The notes under the pieces were generated by a model, which saw nothing but the letters and a program-made list of their open reading frames with translations, was not told where the DNA came from and made no database searches. A stretch of DNA of 64,000 nucleotides from an uncultured Alphaproteobacteria bacterium. GTDB taxonomy: Bacteria > Pseudomonadota > Alphaproteobacteria > Caulobacterales > Caulobacteraceae. The stretch is taken from assembly GCA_937920085.1 (NCBI GenBank), contig CALETE010000076.1, positions 6,927 through 70,926 on the forward strand. The letters run 5' to 3'. A program made the translations under genes and the position numbers. Positions 1 through 9,618 of the stretch are shown piece by piece (within the stretch, counting starts at the first letter, position 1; each line of letters begins with the position of its first letter).

Positions 1-612
1 GGCTGAGACGGTTAGCGTCCGGGCGAGGGGGCGTTGGGCCAATTCTGAAGCGATATCCATGGCCGAATTGCCCATGCCCACCACGACCACATTCTTGCCC
101 CGCATATCGATCGGATCGAAGGGGTCATTGTAGGCGTGGCTGTGCAGTATGGTGCCATCGAACTGGCCCGGATAGTCTGGCATACGCGGGCTCCAATGGT
201 GCCCATTGCAGACGAATAAAGCTTCATAAGTCTTTGTTTCACCGTTAGAAAGTGTAACCCTCCATAGTCCATCTTCAGCTCGGCTGGCATTCAGGACAGA
301 GGTGTTGAAAGTAATGGTCTTGCGCAGATCAAAATGATCTACGTAGTCCTTGAAATATTGAAGCAATTGGCTGTGATGTGGAAAGTCTGGCCAATCAGCA
401 GGAACTGGATAGTCATCAAAAGCGAGGCGCCATTTCGACGTATCGATGTGTAGGCTCGAATAGCAGGCCGACATGCCGTTGGGGTTCTTGAAGTACCAAT
501 TGCCGCCAATATCATCGGAGGCTTCGAAGCAGTCATAGTCGATGCCAAAATCCTTGAGCCGCTTTGCCGTGGTAAAACCACTGCAACCCGCGCCGATAAT
601 GCAAGCCTTCAT
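1..612 (-). CDS. flavin-containing monooxygenase (FMO-type), N-terminal 204 codons; the 3' end lies beyond the window start
   Basis: Not in the ORF track because there is no stop inside the window. My minus-strand translation from the ATG at 612-610 stays open to position 1: MKACIIGAGCSGFTTAKRLKDFGIDYDCFEASDDIGGNWYF... It has a GxGxxG FAD fold, the FMO signature FDGTILHSHAY (FxGxxxHxxxY) and a second dinucleotide motif VVGMGNSA. Track ORFs 12..290 and 339..581 are off-frame shadows. Confidence 0.8.
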   Translation of the reverse strand, partial: MKACIIGAGCSGFTTAKRLKDFGIDYDCFEASDDIGGNWYFKNPNGMSACYSSLHIDTSKWRLAFDDYPVPADWPDFPHHSQLLQYFKDYVDHFDLRKTITFNTSVLNASRAEDGLWRVTLSNGETKTYEALFVCNGHHWSPRMPDYPGQFDGTILHSHAYNDPFDPIDMRGKNVVVVGMGNSAMDIASELAQRPLARTLTVSA

Positions 613-931
613 CGACTGTGTGCCTCATGATGATGTGTCTGAGATTTATGATAAGCTATTGAAACGACGTAATTGAAGCAAGGCCGCAACAGGCCAATAG
701 CTCGAAGCACGGGCCTGGATCGGGATGGGCCAGCGGGCTTAGACGAAAAGTTCCTAGATTGGCAGGTCTATTATTTCCGATAATATTCCTTAGGCGATGT
801 ATTCATGCCGTTGCCCGTTTGGCCCCTTAGCGCACAGTCTGTGGAAACGCCGCGGGTCAGGTTGATATCCTCAAGACCCTATTCACCATTCTGTCCTACA
901 AGAAGGTAGTTCTGGCTGATGATCGATTCCA

Positions 932-1825
932 TTGTACACCAAGGCTAAGCTCGTAGAGGTCCTGTCGCCCCATCTTCAGCGGGTGCTGATCCTGGATTCC
1001 AGTCCCGGGAGCGCGCGAATTCTGCGTGACGCCATGCGGCAATTCACCCTCGGTAAAATCCATTGCGTTCAGACAACCGACCAGGCTTACGAGCTCGCAC
1101 GGGACTTCAACCCACAGCTATTCCTGATCGACATCGGCGGAGATGCTAGCGACACGCTCCAGCTCGTCCGGAGTATACGGCGCAGTTATTTGCAATGCCG
1201 ACACGCGCCCATTCTGGTGAGCACATCGCGAGCCACAGCAGACGTCATTTATGCCTCCCGTGATGCCGGTGTGCATGAATTCATTGTCCGCCCGTTTAAG
1301 GCGTCGGACCTATCTAACAGGCTGCTCGCGGTCACCCTGAAAACGCGGGATTGGATCGAAGGCATGCGCTATGTCGGCCCAGATCGTCGGCGTTTCAATT
1401 CTGGATCGTTTGCCGGCAAGAAGAAGCGTCTGGACGATGCGGGTCTGTCGAATGCATCGCGATTGCAGCAGTCTCTGAAAATTGTCGAGTTAGCCATCGC
1501 CTTGAAGGACTATGACCCCTCTCAAGCGGTACGGGCTATGAGGGTGCAATCTGAAATCCTGCTCGACCTGGGGATCACGTTCAACGACCCGCGTATGGTG
1601 AAAGAGGCTCAGACCTTCCTGCGTTATGTCACCTGCATGACTGAATTTGACCTCGCGAAGACCGAAGCGCTTTTAGATGTCAGTTTTCCGCTTCTAAGTC
1701 GTATCGATGAGCAGAGCGAAGATCTCGTGGAATTTGACCCGGTAACTGGCCGTGACGAATTAGTCCGCCTTAAACAGTGGAAGTCGCATGTCCCCTCCTC
1801 TACCCCCAAAACGATGCCCTTCTAG
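932..1825 (+). CDS. orphan response-regulator receiver protein with an uncharacterised helical C-terminal domain
   Basis: Residues ~17-135 align by eye to CheY-like receivers (VLILDSS ... LFLIDIGGD ... PILVSTS ... FIVRPF). It uses a TTG start, and an in-frame stop at 920-922 limits the 5' end. There is no adjacent kinase. Confidence 0.7.
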   Translation: MYTKAKLVEVLSPHLQRVLILDSSPGSARILRDAMRQFTLGKIHCVQTTDQAYELARDFNPQLFLIDIGGDASDTLQLVRSIRRSYLQCRHAPILVSTSRATADVIYASRDAGVHEFIVRPFKASDLSNRLLAVTLKTRDWIEGMRYVGPDRRRFNSGSFAGKKKRLDDAGLSNASRLQQSLKIVELAIALKDYDPSQAVRAMRVQSEILLDLGITFNDPRMVKEAQTFLRYVTCMTEFDLAKTEALLDVSFPLLSRIDEQSEDLVEFDPVTGRDELVRLKQWKSHVPSSTPKTMPF

Positions 1826-1975
1826 GGGGCAGTGGGCTCGGTCCGGGGTACGTCGCGGTATGGGCCGCCGGGTTAAACCCAGCGAAATTCTATTTTGGGT
1901 ATATTTCCGGAACGCCAGAACGGGAAACCCCAAGTCGGACCACCTGATGTCAGACCGTTTCGATCGGGCCTAGCC

Positions 1976-2458
1976 TCAGCTTGAAAGTGCTCGGCTAATG
2001 TCGGCTTTCAGAGCCGCTGGCGTCACGGTGGGGGCATAGCGGCCAAGGACTTTTCCGCTTCGACCAATCAGAAATTTCGTGAAATTCCATTTGATAGAAT
2101 TGCCGAGCAATCCGCCCTTCTGGCTCTTGAGGTAGGAAAATAGGGGGTCTGCCTTGGTGCCATTCACATCAATCTTCGCCATGACCGGAAACGTCACGTC
2201 ATAGGTTAGGGAGCAGAAATTCGCGATTTCCTTGGCATCCCCAGGTTCTTGCGCCCCAAACTGGTTGCAGGGAAAGCCGAGGATCGCCAGGCCCTCACTC
2301 CCAAATTCGCGGTGTAGGGCTTCAAGGCCTTCATATTGTGGCGTGAACCCGCACTTTGAGGCGGTATTGACGATCAGTATCACCTTGCCCTCGTAAGCCC
2401 GTAATGGAGCTTCTGATCCGTCGGCTGCGCGAACTGAAAAGTCGTAGATTGCGGTCAT
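1976..2458 (-). CDS. glutathione peroxidase (Cys-type)
   Basis: Motifs NTASKCGFT, FPCNQFGAQEPG and WNFTKFLIGRSG. I prefer the internal ATG at 2458 (MTAIYDF...) because GGAG sits ~10 nt upstream. The track ORF extends to 2491. Confidence 0.9.
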   Translation of the reverse strand: MTAIYDFSVRAADGSEAPLRAYEGKVILIVNTASKCGFTPQYEGLEALHREFGSEGLAILGFPCNQFGAQEPGDAKEIANFCSLTYDVTFPVMAKIDVNGTKADPLFSYLKSQKGGLLGNSIKWNFTKFLIGRSGKVLGRYAPTVTPAALKADISRALSS

Positions 2459-2606
2459 TGCCTGAGCTCCAACTGGCGATATTGCCTTCACCTATCTGGC
2501 GTTGAAGGTACGGCGACGTCAATCGCGCCTTTCTTTTGGGGAGCCCTAGCAGGACCTTGCATTCTGCAGACTTGTCTCTTCATCGCCGACAGGTTTCATT
2601 GCCGCA

Positions 2607-3419
2607 ATGGACAGCTCGACTCAGCCGATCACCGATCCCATTTCCCGATTGCTGGCCATCATGGCCCGCCTGAGGGACAAGGAACGCGGTTGCGCCTGGG
2701 ATCTGGAGCAATCCTTTGAGACCATTGCCCCGTACACCATTGAAGAAGCCTACGAGGTTGCAGACGCCATCCAACGTCAGGACCTTAGGGATCTAAAGGA
2801 TGAACTTGGCGATCTGCTCTTTCAGGTCGTCTTCCATGCACGCATGGCCGAAGAGGCTAACCAGTTCAAATTTGATGATGTGGTTGAAGCCATCTGCTCA
2901 AAAATGATCCGGCGCCATCCCCAAATCTTTGGAACGGAAGGTCCAAGGTCAAGTGCCGAGCAAATTCTGGCTTGGGATCAGATCAAAGCCAAAGAACGCG
3001 CCGAAAAAGCGCAAAAGCTTGGCCTTTTAGACGATATTCCCCAAGGAATGCCTGCCCTCACCCGCGCGGTAAAATTGTCTCGTCGCGCGGCATCAGTTGG
3101 ATTTGTCTGGCCTTCTATCGACGAGGTCCTGAAGAAACTGGATGAGGAGGTCGAGGAGCTAAAGGTCGAAATTGCTGCCGACGATAAGGCCAAGGCCAGA
3201 GATGAACTCGGCGACGTGCTGTTTGTCGCAGCCAATATCGCGCGCACCCTTGAAATCGACCCCGAAGATGCCCTTCGGCAGTCCAACGCCAAATTCGAGC
3301 GGCGGTTTCGTTTTATCGAAACCGCGCTACGCACCCGCGGCCGTTCACCCGAGCAATCTAATTTAAGCGAAATGGATGAGCTCTGGAACGCTGCGAAACG
3401 TTCCGAGAAGATACCCTAG
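2607..3419 (+). CDS. mazG: nucleoside triphosphate pyrophosphohydrolase MazG
   Basis: Tandem MazG domains (EEAYEVADAI ... ELGDLLFQVVFHA, and a second ELGDVLFVAANIAR). Conserved position convergent to hflX. Confidence 0.9.
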   Translation: MDSSTQPITDPISRLLAIMARLRDKERGCAWDLEQSFETIAPYTIEEAYEVADAIQRQDLRDLKDELGDLLFQVVFHARMAEEANQFKFDDVVEAICSKMIRRHPQIFGTEGPRSSAEQILAWDQIKAKERAEKAQKLGLLDDIPQGMPALTRAVKLSRRAASVGFVWPSIDEVLKKLDEEVEELKVEIAADDKAKARDELGDVLFVAANIARTLEIDPEDALRQSNAKFERRFRFIETALRTRGRSPEQSNLSEMDELWNAAKRSEKIP

Positions 3420-4732
3420 AGGGCTCTGGGTTCCAGCCTTGGGAAGGTTTGCTCAAACTGTCCCAGGGCTTGTTCGCTTAAACTTACAGCGACGGAGATA
3501 TCCCCGCTTTCGGCGTCGCTACGGCTGAGAATTCGGCCGTGCCGATAGAGCCAGGCTAGGGCGGCACCCTCCCCTGCCGGAATATCGATACCCACGGGTG
3601 AAGCTTCATCCACCAGATCTGCAATCATCCCCAATAAGATGTCGCAGCCCTCGCCTGAAACGGCAGAGACTGGAACCGCCGCGGGTGTCGACCGCAGGGC
3701 GTCGCCCCTCAGGATTTCTCGGTCGGCTTCAGAGGTCAAATCCAGCTTATTCCAAACCTCGATCACTCGACGCTCGCTCATTTCCACGCCGAGCCTAGCT
3801 AGGACCTTGCGAACATCCTGCGCCTGCGCGTCACTTTCCTCGCTGGAGATGTCTCTCACATGCAAGATAACATCGGCTTCCTTGACCTCCTCAAGGGTGG
3901 CGCGGAAGGCTTCGACCAGTTCGTGGGGCAGGTCGGAGATGAAACCCACAGTGTCGGACAGCACAGCCGGGCGACCATCAGGCAGCTTCAAGGTCCTCAG
4001 GGTCGGATCCAGGGTGGCAAAAAGCATGTCCTGCGCCACCACATCAGACTGGGTTAGCCGGTTGAATAGGGTCGACTTTCCAGCATTTGTATATCCGACG
4101 AGGGCGACGGACGGTGCAGGTGCCCTTTGCCGAGCTGCGCGCTGGAGGGTGCGTGTACGCCTGACCTCAACCAGGTCGCGCTTCAACTTCGCAATCTTTT
4201 CGGCGATCAGACGGCGGTCGGTCTCGATTTGCGTTTCACCGGGCCCGCCCATAACCCCAAAACCGCCCCGCTGACGCTCCAGGTGCGTCCAGGTTCGAAC
4301 TAGGCGAGATTTCTCATAGGAAAGCCGGGCAAGCTCAACTTGGAGTCGCCCCTCTTTGGTGCGCGCCCGACGGGCAAATATCTCAAGGATCAAGCCTGTG
4401 CGATCGATGACCTTTACGCCCCAGGCCTTCTCCAAATTGCGTTGTTGGACCGGCGTCAGCGCGTCATCGACGATGGCTACATCGACGTCTAGCGCGTCGC
4501 AAAGCTCACCAATCTCCTTGACCTTACCCGAACCAAACAAGGTCGCAGGTGTCGGCTTGCGCAGGGGGGCGATCAGCGCGTCACGGATTTCCAGATCGAG
4601 GGCCAGGGCAAGACCAACGGCCTCTTCCAGGCGCGCTGCGCCACTGCGACTCGCACCCCGGGGATCCCGATCGGGATGAACAACAACCGCCCCTTGGATC
4701 GGAGCCTCGCGGTCAATCAATTTAGAGGTCAA
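3416..4732 (-). CDS. hflX: GTPase HflX
   Basis: G1 motif [17 protein letters not shown] and NKLD. Lies downstream of hfq with a 4-nt overlap. Confidence 0.95.
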   Translation of the reverse strand: MTSKLIDREAPIQGAVVVHPDRDPRGASRSGAARLEEAVGLALALDLEIRDALIAPLRKPTPATLFGSGKVKEIGELCDALDVDVAIVDDALTPVQQRNLEKAWGVKVIDRTGLILEIFARRARTKEGRLQVELARLSYEKSRLVRTWTHLERQRGGFGVMGGPGETQIETDRRLIAEKIAKLKRDLVEVRRTRTLQRAARQRAPAPSVALVGYTNAGKSTLFNRLTQSDVVAQDMLFATLDPTLRTLKLPDGRPAVLSDTVGFISDLPHELVEAFRATLEEVKEADVILHVRDISSEESDAQAQDVRKVLARLGVEMSERRVIEVWNKLDLTSEADREILRGDALRSTPAAVPVSAVSGEGCDILLGMIADLVDEASPVGIDIPAGEGAALAWLYRHGRILSRSDAESGDISVAVSLSEQALGQFEQTFPRLEPRAL

Positions 4733-4977
4733 TCGTCCTCATCTTCCGACGGTTCATAAAGCTGGACCGGCGCTGCCGGCATGATGGTCGATATGGCGTG
4801 TTTATAGACCAACTGAGATTGACCATCCCGGCGGAGTAAAACGCAAAAATTATCAAACCAGCTGACGACGCCCTGTAGCTTTACGCCATTAACCAAGAAG
4901 ATTGTCAGAGGTGTTTTGGTTTTGCGGACGCTGTTGAGAAAAGTGTCCTGCAGGTTTTGTTTCTTGTCGTTTGACAT
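4729..4977 (-). CDS. hfq: RNA chaperone Hfq
   Basis: [48 protein letters not shown]... contains the Sm1/Sm2 motifs. I chose the ATG at 4977; the track ORF's 16 extra N-terminal residues are unlike Hfq. Confidence 0.95.
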   Translation of the reverse strand: MSNDKKQNLQDTFLNSVRKTKTPLTIFLVNGVKLQGVVSWFDNFCVLLRRDGQSQLVYKHAISTIMPAAPVQLYEPSEDEDD

Positions 4978-5076
4978 GGCTTTCCGCCTCTTTTTGTTTT
5001 CTAGGACGAAAACCGCCCTACACACGCCAGTTCAATTACGTCCTCGACTATGACAGACGCAATCGCTCCCGAAAGT

Positions 5077-5940
5077 CTATATCGCCGTCGCGCGAGCATG
5101 ATCAATATATAGGCGCCGGAGACGGCTCGCCATAGGTCCGACCTTGCCATTTCCGATGGGCTGACCATCCATAGCCACAATGGGCAGAATAAGCGCACCG
5201 GCACCGGTTATAAAGGCTTCGCTCGCAGCTAGGGCTTCGGCCGGGGTAAAGGGGCTCTGATCGATTGGAATCCCTTCGGACTGGAGGATATCAAGCAGGG
5301 TGTAACGCGTCACGCCGCGTAGGATGTTCGCGTTCGTGTCTCGGGTCTTAACCCTGCCATCGGCGGTAACGATCCATGCGTTGGAGGATGCTCCCTCCGT
5401 TACAAAGCCAAGCTCATCGACAAACCAGGCTTCTACAGCGCCCTTTTCCTTCGCGGCCTGCTTTGCCATAGCGTTAGGTAAAAGGCCGACAGTCTTGATG
5501 TCACAACGCCCCCAGCGGTTCTCCGGTACGGTAATGACCGAGACTCCTTTGGCAGCCTTAGCCTCTGCAGCTTCCCGATCGATCGCCTTGGCTGTAACCA
5601 CAATGGCAGGGGGGATCGGCGTGGTTGGGAAGGCGTGATCCCGGGGCGCGACCCCCCTGCTGACCTGCAGGTAGAGCAGCCCATCGCGAATCCGATTCTG
5701 CCGGACCGTCTCGCGCAGCACTATTGTCAGAGCGCTTCGGCTCATGGGCATGTCGATCTGGAGTTCAGACAGGCTCCGTTCCAAACGGGCGAAGTGACCG
5801 TCAGGATCGCTCAACTTGCCGTCAAATAGGGCCCAGACCTCATAGACAGCATCGGCGAACTGGTAGCCCCGATCTTCGATATGCACAAAGGCCTCAGCGT
5901 GGCGCTCGAAGCGTCCATTCACGTAAGCAATGCGTCCCAT
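5077..5940 (-). CDS. dat: D-amino-acid (D-alanine) aminotransferase, fold-type IV
   Basis: Class IV aminotransferase pattern (YQFADAVYEV, LYLQVSRG, EGASSNAW, ILRGVTR). Sits between ntrX and hfq as in other alphaproteobacteria. The start abuts the ntrX stop with no gap. Confidence 0.8.
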   Translation of the reverse strand: MGRIAYVNGRFERHAEAFVHIEDRGYQFADAVYEVWALFDGKLSDPDGHFARLERSLSELQIDMPMSRSALTIVLRETVRQNRIRDGLLYLQVSRGVAPRDHAFPTTPIPPAIVVTAKAIDREAAEAKAAKGVSVITVPENRWGRCDIKTVGLLPNAMAKQAAKEKGAVEAWFVDELGFVTEGASSNAWIVTADGRVKTRDTNANILRGVTRYTLLDILQSEGIPIDQSPFTPAEALAASEAFITGAGALILPIVAMDGQPIGNGKVGPMASRLRRLYIDHARATAI

Positions 5941-7332
5941 TTATTCGTCCCCCGTATCGCTGCTGCGCCCACTGGTCAGGCCAAGCGATTTGAGTTTGCG
6001 GTGCAGGGCTGATCGCTCCATGCCAATGAAGGCTGCGGTCCGGGAAATATTGCCCGAAAAACGGAGCATCTGGGCATGCAGATATTCCCGTTCGAACAAT
6101 TCCCTCGCCTCGCGTAGAGGCAGGGAAATAATCCGCTCTGTGCCAATGGCACCTCCAGGCGCCGTTGGAGATACGTCGCCGGGCATCATTTCGGCGGAAA
6201 TCAAGTCCGAGGGATCTCCAGCCGCCAGGATTAGCATGCGCTCCACATTGTTTCGGAGCTGGCTGAGGTTTCCGGGCCAGGGACGGACTTGCAGCGCAGC
6301 CAGGGCATCATCAGCCAAGCGGCGCCGGGTCATGCCCGTGGCGTCGCAAATTTTCTGGATGAAGAAGTCGACCAGTTCTGGGATGTCTTCGCGACGCTCT
6401 GCAAGACCCGGGACCGAAATTGGCACCACATTGAGGCGATGAAATAGATCTTCCCGGAAGCGCCCTGAGGCGATCTCATCTCTTAAATCTCGACATGTGG
6501 AAGACACAACGCGGACGTCGACCTGCACATCGGTTGCCCCTCCAACGCGACGAAACCTTTGTTCGACCAGGACCCGAAGGATACGGCTCTGGGTCTCTCG
6601 AGGCATGTCGGCGACCTCGTCCAGGTAAAGCGTGCCCCCATGCGCCCGCTCAAACACCCCAATTTTTGCTGGACGCCCGCCCTCGCCTTCCTCGCCGAAC
6701 AGTTCAACATCGACCCGCTCTGGGGTCATGCCAGCGGCACTTATGACGAGAAACTCGCTCTTACCGCGCGGACTGGCACCATGGATCAAACGGGCAATAG
6801 TTTCCTTGCCCGCCCCTGGAGGACCGGAAATCAGGACCCGGCTGTTCGCACCGGCAAGCTTGGCGATCAGACCTCGCAGTTGCTGGGTCACCATGGACTT
6901 GCCGATCAACCCATCGGGCACAATCGTCTGAGCCCTGAGACGCCGGTTCTCACGCTTAAGCGTTGAGGACTCCAGAGCTCGTTCTACAGCCAAAAGCAGC
7001 CGATCTGATTTGAAAGGCTTCTCAAGAAACTCGTAGGCCCCGCGCTTGATGGCGCTAACGGCCGTTTCGATATTCCCGTGGCCTGAAATCATGATCACCG
7101 GCAGGTCGGCATCCAGGGTGCGGATCAGATCCAATAATTCGAGCCCATCCATGCCGCCCCCTTGCATCCAAATATCGAGCACAAGGATGGCGGGTTTGCG
7201 CGCACGAATGGCGGCAAGGGCAGTTTCAGAGTCATTTGCCGTGCGGACATCATAGCCTTCATCCGACAAGATCCCGGCAACGAGATCTCGAATGTCAGCT
7301 TCGTCGTCGACGACCAGGACATCAGCCGCCAT
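5941..7332 (-). CDS. ntrX: NtrX, receiver + AAA+ + Fis-HTH response regulator
   Basis: Receiver (VLVVDDE ... ILVLDIWM ... EKPF), Walker A GPPGAGKE, Walker B GGTLYLDEV and a C-terminal HTH. Lies downstream of ntrY. Confidence 0.85.
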   Translation of the reverse strand: MAADVLVVDDEADIRDLVAGILSDEGYDVRTANDSETALAAIRARKPAILVLDIWMQGGGMDGLELLDLIRTLDADLPVIMISGHGNIETAVSAIKRGAYEFLEKPFKSDRLLLAVERALESSTLKRENRRLRAQTIVPDGLIGKSMVTQQLRGLIAKLAGANSRVLISGPPGAGKETIARLIHGASPRGKSEFLVISAAGMTPERVDVELFGEEGEGGRPAKIGVFERAHGGTLYLDEVADMPRETQSRILRVLVEQRFRRVGGATDVQVDVRVVSSTCRDLRDEIASGRFREDLFHRLNVVPISVPGLAERREDIPELVDFFIQKICDATGMTRRRLADDALAALQVRPWPGNLSQLRNNVERMLILAAGDPSDLISAEMMPGDVSPTAPGGAIGTERIISLPLREARELFEREYLHAQMLRFSGNISRTAAFIGMERSALHRKLKSLGLTSGRSSDTGDE

Positions 7333-9553
7333 GGGTGACCTCTACGGTTTTGGACGGGTCCAAGCTTTCACTCGGATCACCAGGGCTAGTGGGTAGTGAC
7401 AGGATGGCCCTTGCACCGACACCCTGTGTGGCATCGGTAAGGACGAGCTCTCCGCCATGGTCTTCAAGAATCCGCTTGACGATTGCGAGGCCTAATCCGG
7501 TTCCCTTGTCCCGCGTGGTAACATAGGGCTCGGTCAACCGGTCTCGGTCCTTAGCCGGCAAGCCAAGTCCATTATCCTCGATTATAATCATCACAGCTGA
7601 TGGCATCTCAGTGATCGTCACCGTAATCCGCCCCTGCGGTTCAGGTATTCTTGCCAGTCGCGCAAGCACGGCCTCTACAGCGTTTTTCAGAACATTGGTG
7701 AGGGCCTGCGCGATCATGCGGCCATCAGCGCGCACCTCTACTGAAGCCAGGGATTCAGCAAGACTGATATCAATATCGGGGTTGGCAACCCTCTGCGCAA
7801 AGACCGCCTCCCTGACCAGCTCGTCCACATAATAAAGCGCAAATGTGGGGGTTGGCATTCTGGCAAATGAAGAGAACTCATCGACCATACGACCAATATC
7901 GCCGACCTGTCGCACGATGGTTTCGGTACAGCGATCAAAGGTCTCCAGATCGCCGGCCTGGATCCCGCTTCGAAATTTTCGCCGGATACGTTCAGCCGAG
8001 AGCTGGATTGGGGTCAGGGGATTCTTGATTTCGTGAGCGATTCGTCGGGCCACATCGCGCCAAGCGGCGTTGCGCTGGGCTGAAACTAACCGGGTAATGT
8101 CGTCAAAGGTCAGAACGAGACCTTCTTCGCTACGGCTGGCACGGACACGCAAACGACGCGTTTCTTTTATCCGCGAGACATCCACCTCGCCCTCGGCGCT
8201 ACCAACCAAGCCTGCATCCCGTGCAATCGAAACCAATTCCGGGGCGACCATGTCGAGGCTGAGGCCATGCCCTCGGTCACCCGGAAGATCAAGCAAAGAG
8301 ACCGCCTGCCGATTGGCTGCCGATATCCGCCCCTGAGCATCGGTGGCAAGGACCCCGGCCGAGACCTCAGAGAGTACGGTCTCAATGAAACGGCTACGCT
8401 GTTGTGCTTCGTCGCTGGCCAAGGTCAGGGCATGCTGCTGCTGCTGTAGGTCCCGGGTCATGTTGTTGAAAGCGTGAGACAAGACGGCGATCTCTTCTGG
8501 GTCGTTGTCGGCATCAACTCTGGCCGAAAGATCACCTCCAGCGACCTTGCCAGCGGCCTGAACCAGTCGACTGACAGGTCCAGAAATCGCATTTGCAGCA
8601 GCCATACCAAGCCAGACCGCACCCACCAAAACCAGCAACGCCGTTTCAGCGTAAGATAGGGCGAACACAGTCTGAATGCGTTGACGACTTTGCGCGGCCT
8701 CCCGGTAGGATCCAAGGGAGGCTTCCGCCTCTGTCAGATTATCGACAATGCCATTCCCGATGGGCCTCGACAGATAGAGATAGGCGTCGGCGTAAGACTT
8801 CAGCCGATAGAGACTTCGACTTAGATCTGATGAGACGAAAATGTCTCCTTCATCTGCAGCTTTGAAGCCGGATTCTGGCGGAATGGCGTAGGTAGGTGCC
8901 TTACCGATTTCTGCACGCGCTAGAACCCGGCCCTGACGATCAATGAGGTAGGCCGCCTGAAACCCTTGGTCAGCAGCCTGTTGTGCCAGGAAATGGCTGA
9001 AGGTCACTGGGCTGGTCTGAAGCGCCCCTGATGCCCGATTGAGATCGTCAGACATCAGCGCGACATGATCGCTCACATAGCGCTTTTGTTCTTCCATATA
9101 GGATCGAAAGACGGTCGCAGAATTTTCGACAACTGTCTGAACGCGGGTCGAGAACCAATCATCCACGCCGCGATTCACCAGCACGCCTGAGAAGAAAAAC
9201 ACCACAAGGGCTGGTGCCATGGCGGCGAAGGCAAAGGTCGTGACAAATCGCAAATGCAGCCGAGCGCCAGCATCGCTAGATTGCGCGTCCAAAAGCTCCA
9301 GCAACCGGATGCCAACCGCCGCAGCCAGGAACAGGATCAAGACGAGGTTAAAACCAAGGATGATCAGAATATTCCGGCTCGCCGGTGCCAAGGGGCCGGT
9401 TTCCGGTGGAGAAGCTGCCAATAGGATGGCGATGGCCGTTAAAAGCAGCGCCAGGACATAGGCCCCGACAAGGGCGTAACGGGACTGCACAAGCCGCCAT
9501 ATCCGGGCGGCTTTGGAGATATTCGCCTCAATCGGGTGTGCAGCAAAGGTCAT
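7322..9553 (-). CDS. ntrY: NtrY sensor histidine kinase
   Basis: N-terminal TM helices, HAMP, PAS, H-box [12 protein letters not shown] and an ATPase domain with N and G boxes (NAVEA, DNGLGLP, GTGLGLAIV). Confidence 0.85.
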   Translation of the reverse strand: MTFAAHPIEANISKAARIWRLVQSRYALVGAYVLALLLTAIAILLAASPPETGPLAPASRNILIILGFNLVLILFLAAAVGIRLLELLDAQSSDAGARLHLRFVTTFAFAAMAPALVVFFFSGVLVNRGVDDWFSTRVQTVVENSATVFRSYMEEQKRYVSDHVALMSDDLNRASGALQTSPVTFSHFLAQQAADQGFQAAYLIDRQGRVLARAEIGKAPTYAIPPESGFKAADEGDIFVSSDLSRSLYRLKSYADAYLYLSRPIGNGIVDNLTEAEASLGSYREAAQSRQRIQTVFALSYAETALLVLVGAVWLGMAAANAISGPVSRLVQAAGKVAGGDLSARVDADNDPEEIAVLSHAFNNMTRDLQQQQHALTLASDEAQQRSRFIETVLSEVSAGVLATDAQGRISAANRQAVSLLDLPGDRGHGLSLDMVAPELVSIARDAGLVGSAEGEVDVSRIKETRRLRVRASRSEEGLVLTFDDITRLVSAQRNAAWRDVARRIAHEIKNPLTPIQLSAERIRRKFRSGIQAGDLETFDRCTETIVRQVGDIGRMVDEFSSFARMPTPTFALYYVDELVREAVFAQRVANPDIDISLAESLASVEVRADGRMIAQALTNVLKNAVEAVLARLARIPEPQGRITVTITEMPSAVMIIIEDNGLGLPAKDRDRLTEPYVTTRDKGTGLGLAIVKRILEDHGGELVLTDATQGVGARAILSLPTSPGDPSESLDPSKTVEVTHGG

Positions 9554-9618
9554 CGGCGTGGCAAGATAGTCTCACCTGTACCCTGAATTCAACACCCATG
9601 TGGCAGATTGGGCACTTA

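Noticed and set aside
12-581. Track ORFs 12..290 and 339..581 on the minus strand
   Set aside because: Their translations are low-complexity and lie out of frame within a clean, motif-bearing FMO reading frame (1..612) on the same strand. They are shadow ORFs.
1826-1975. The convergent spacer between the response regulator and gpx, inspected for a terminator or small RNA
   Set aside because: I found only a weak interrupted hairpin (TGGG-TATA-TTTCC ... GGAAA-C-CCCA) with no U-tract on either strand. That is not enough to call a feature.
3416-3419. The convergent stop codons of hflX and mazG share the palindrome CTAG. Similarly, the stops at 44506..44511 sit back to back
   Set aside because: This is simply tight packing of convergent genes. 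I see no functional implication.
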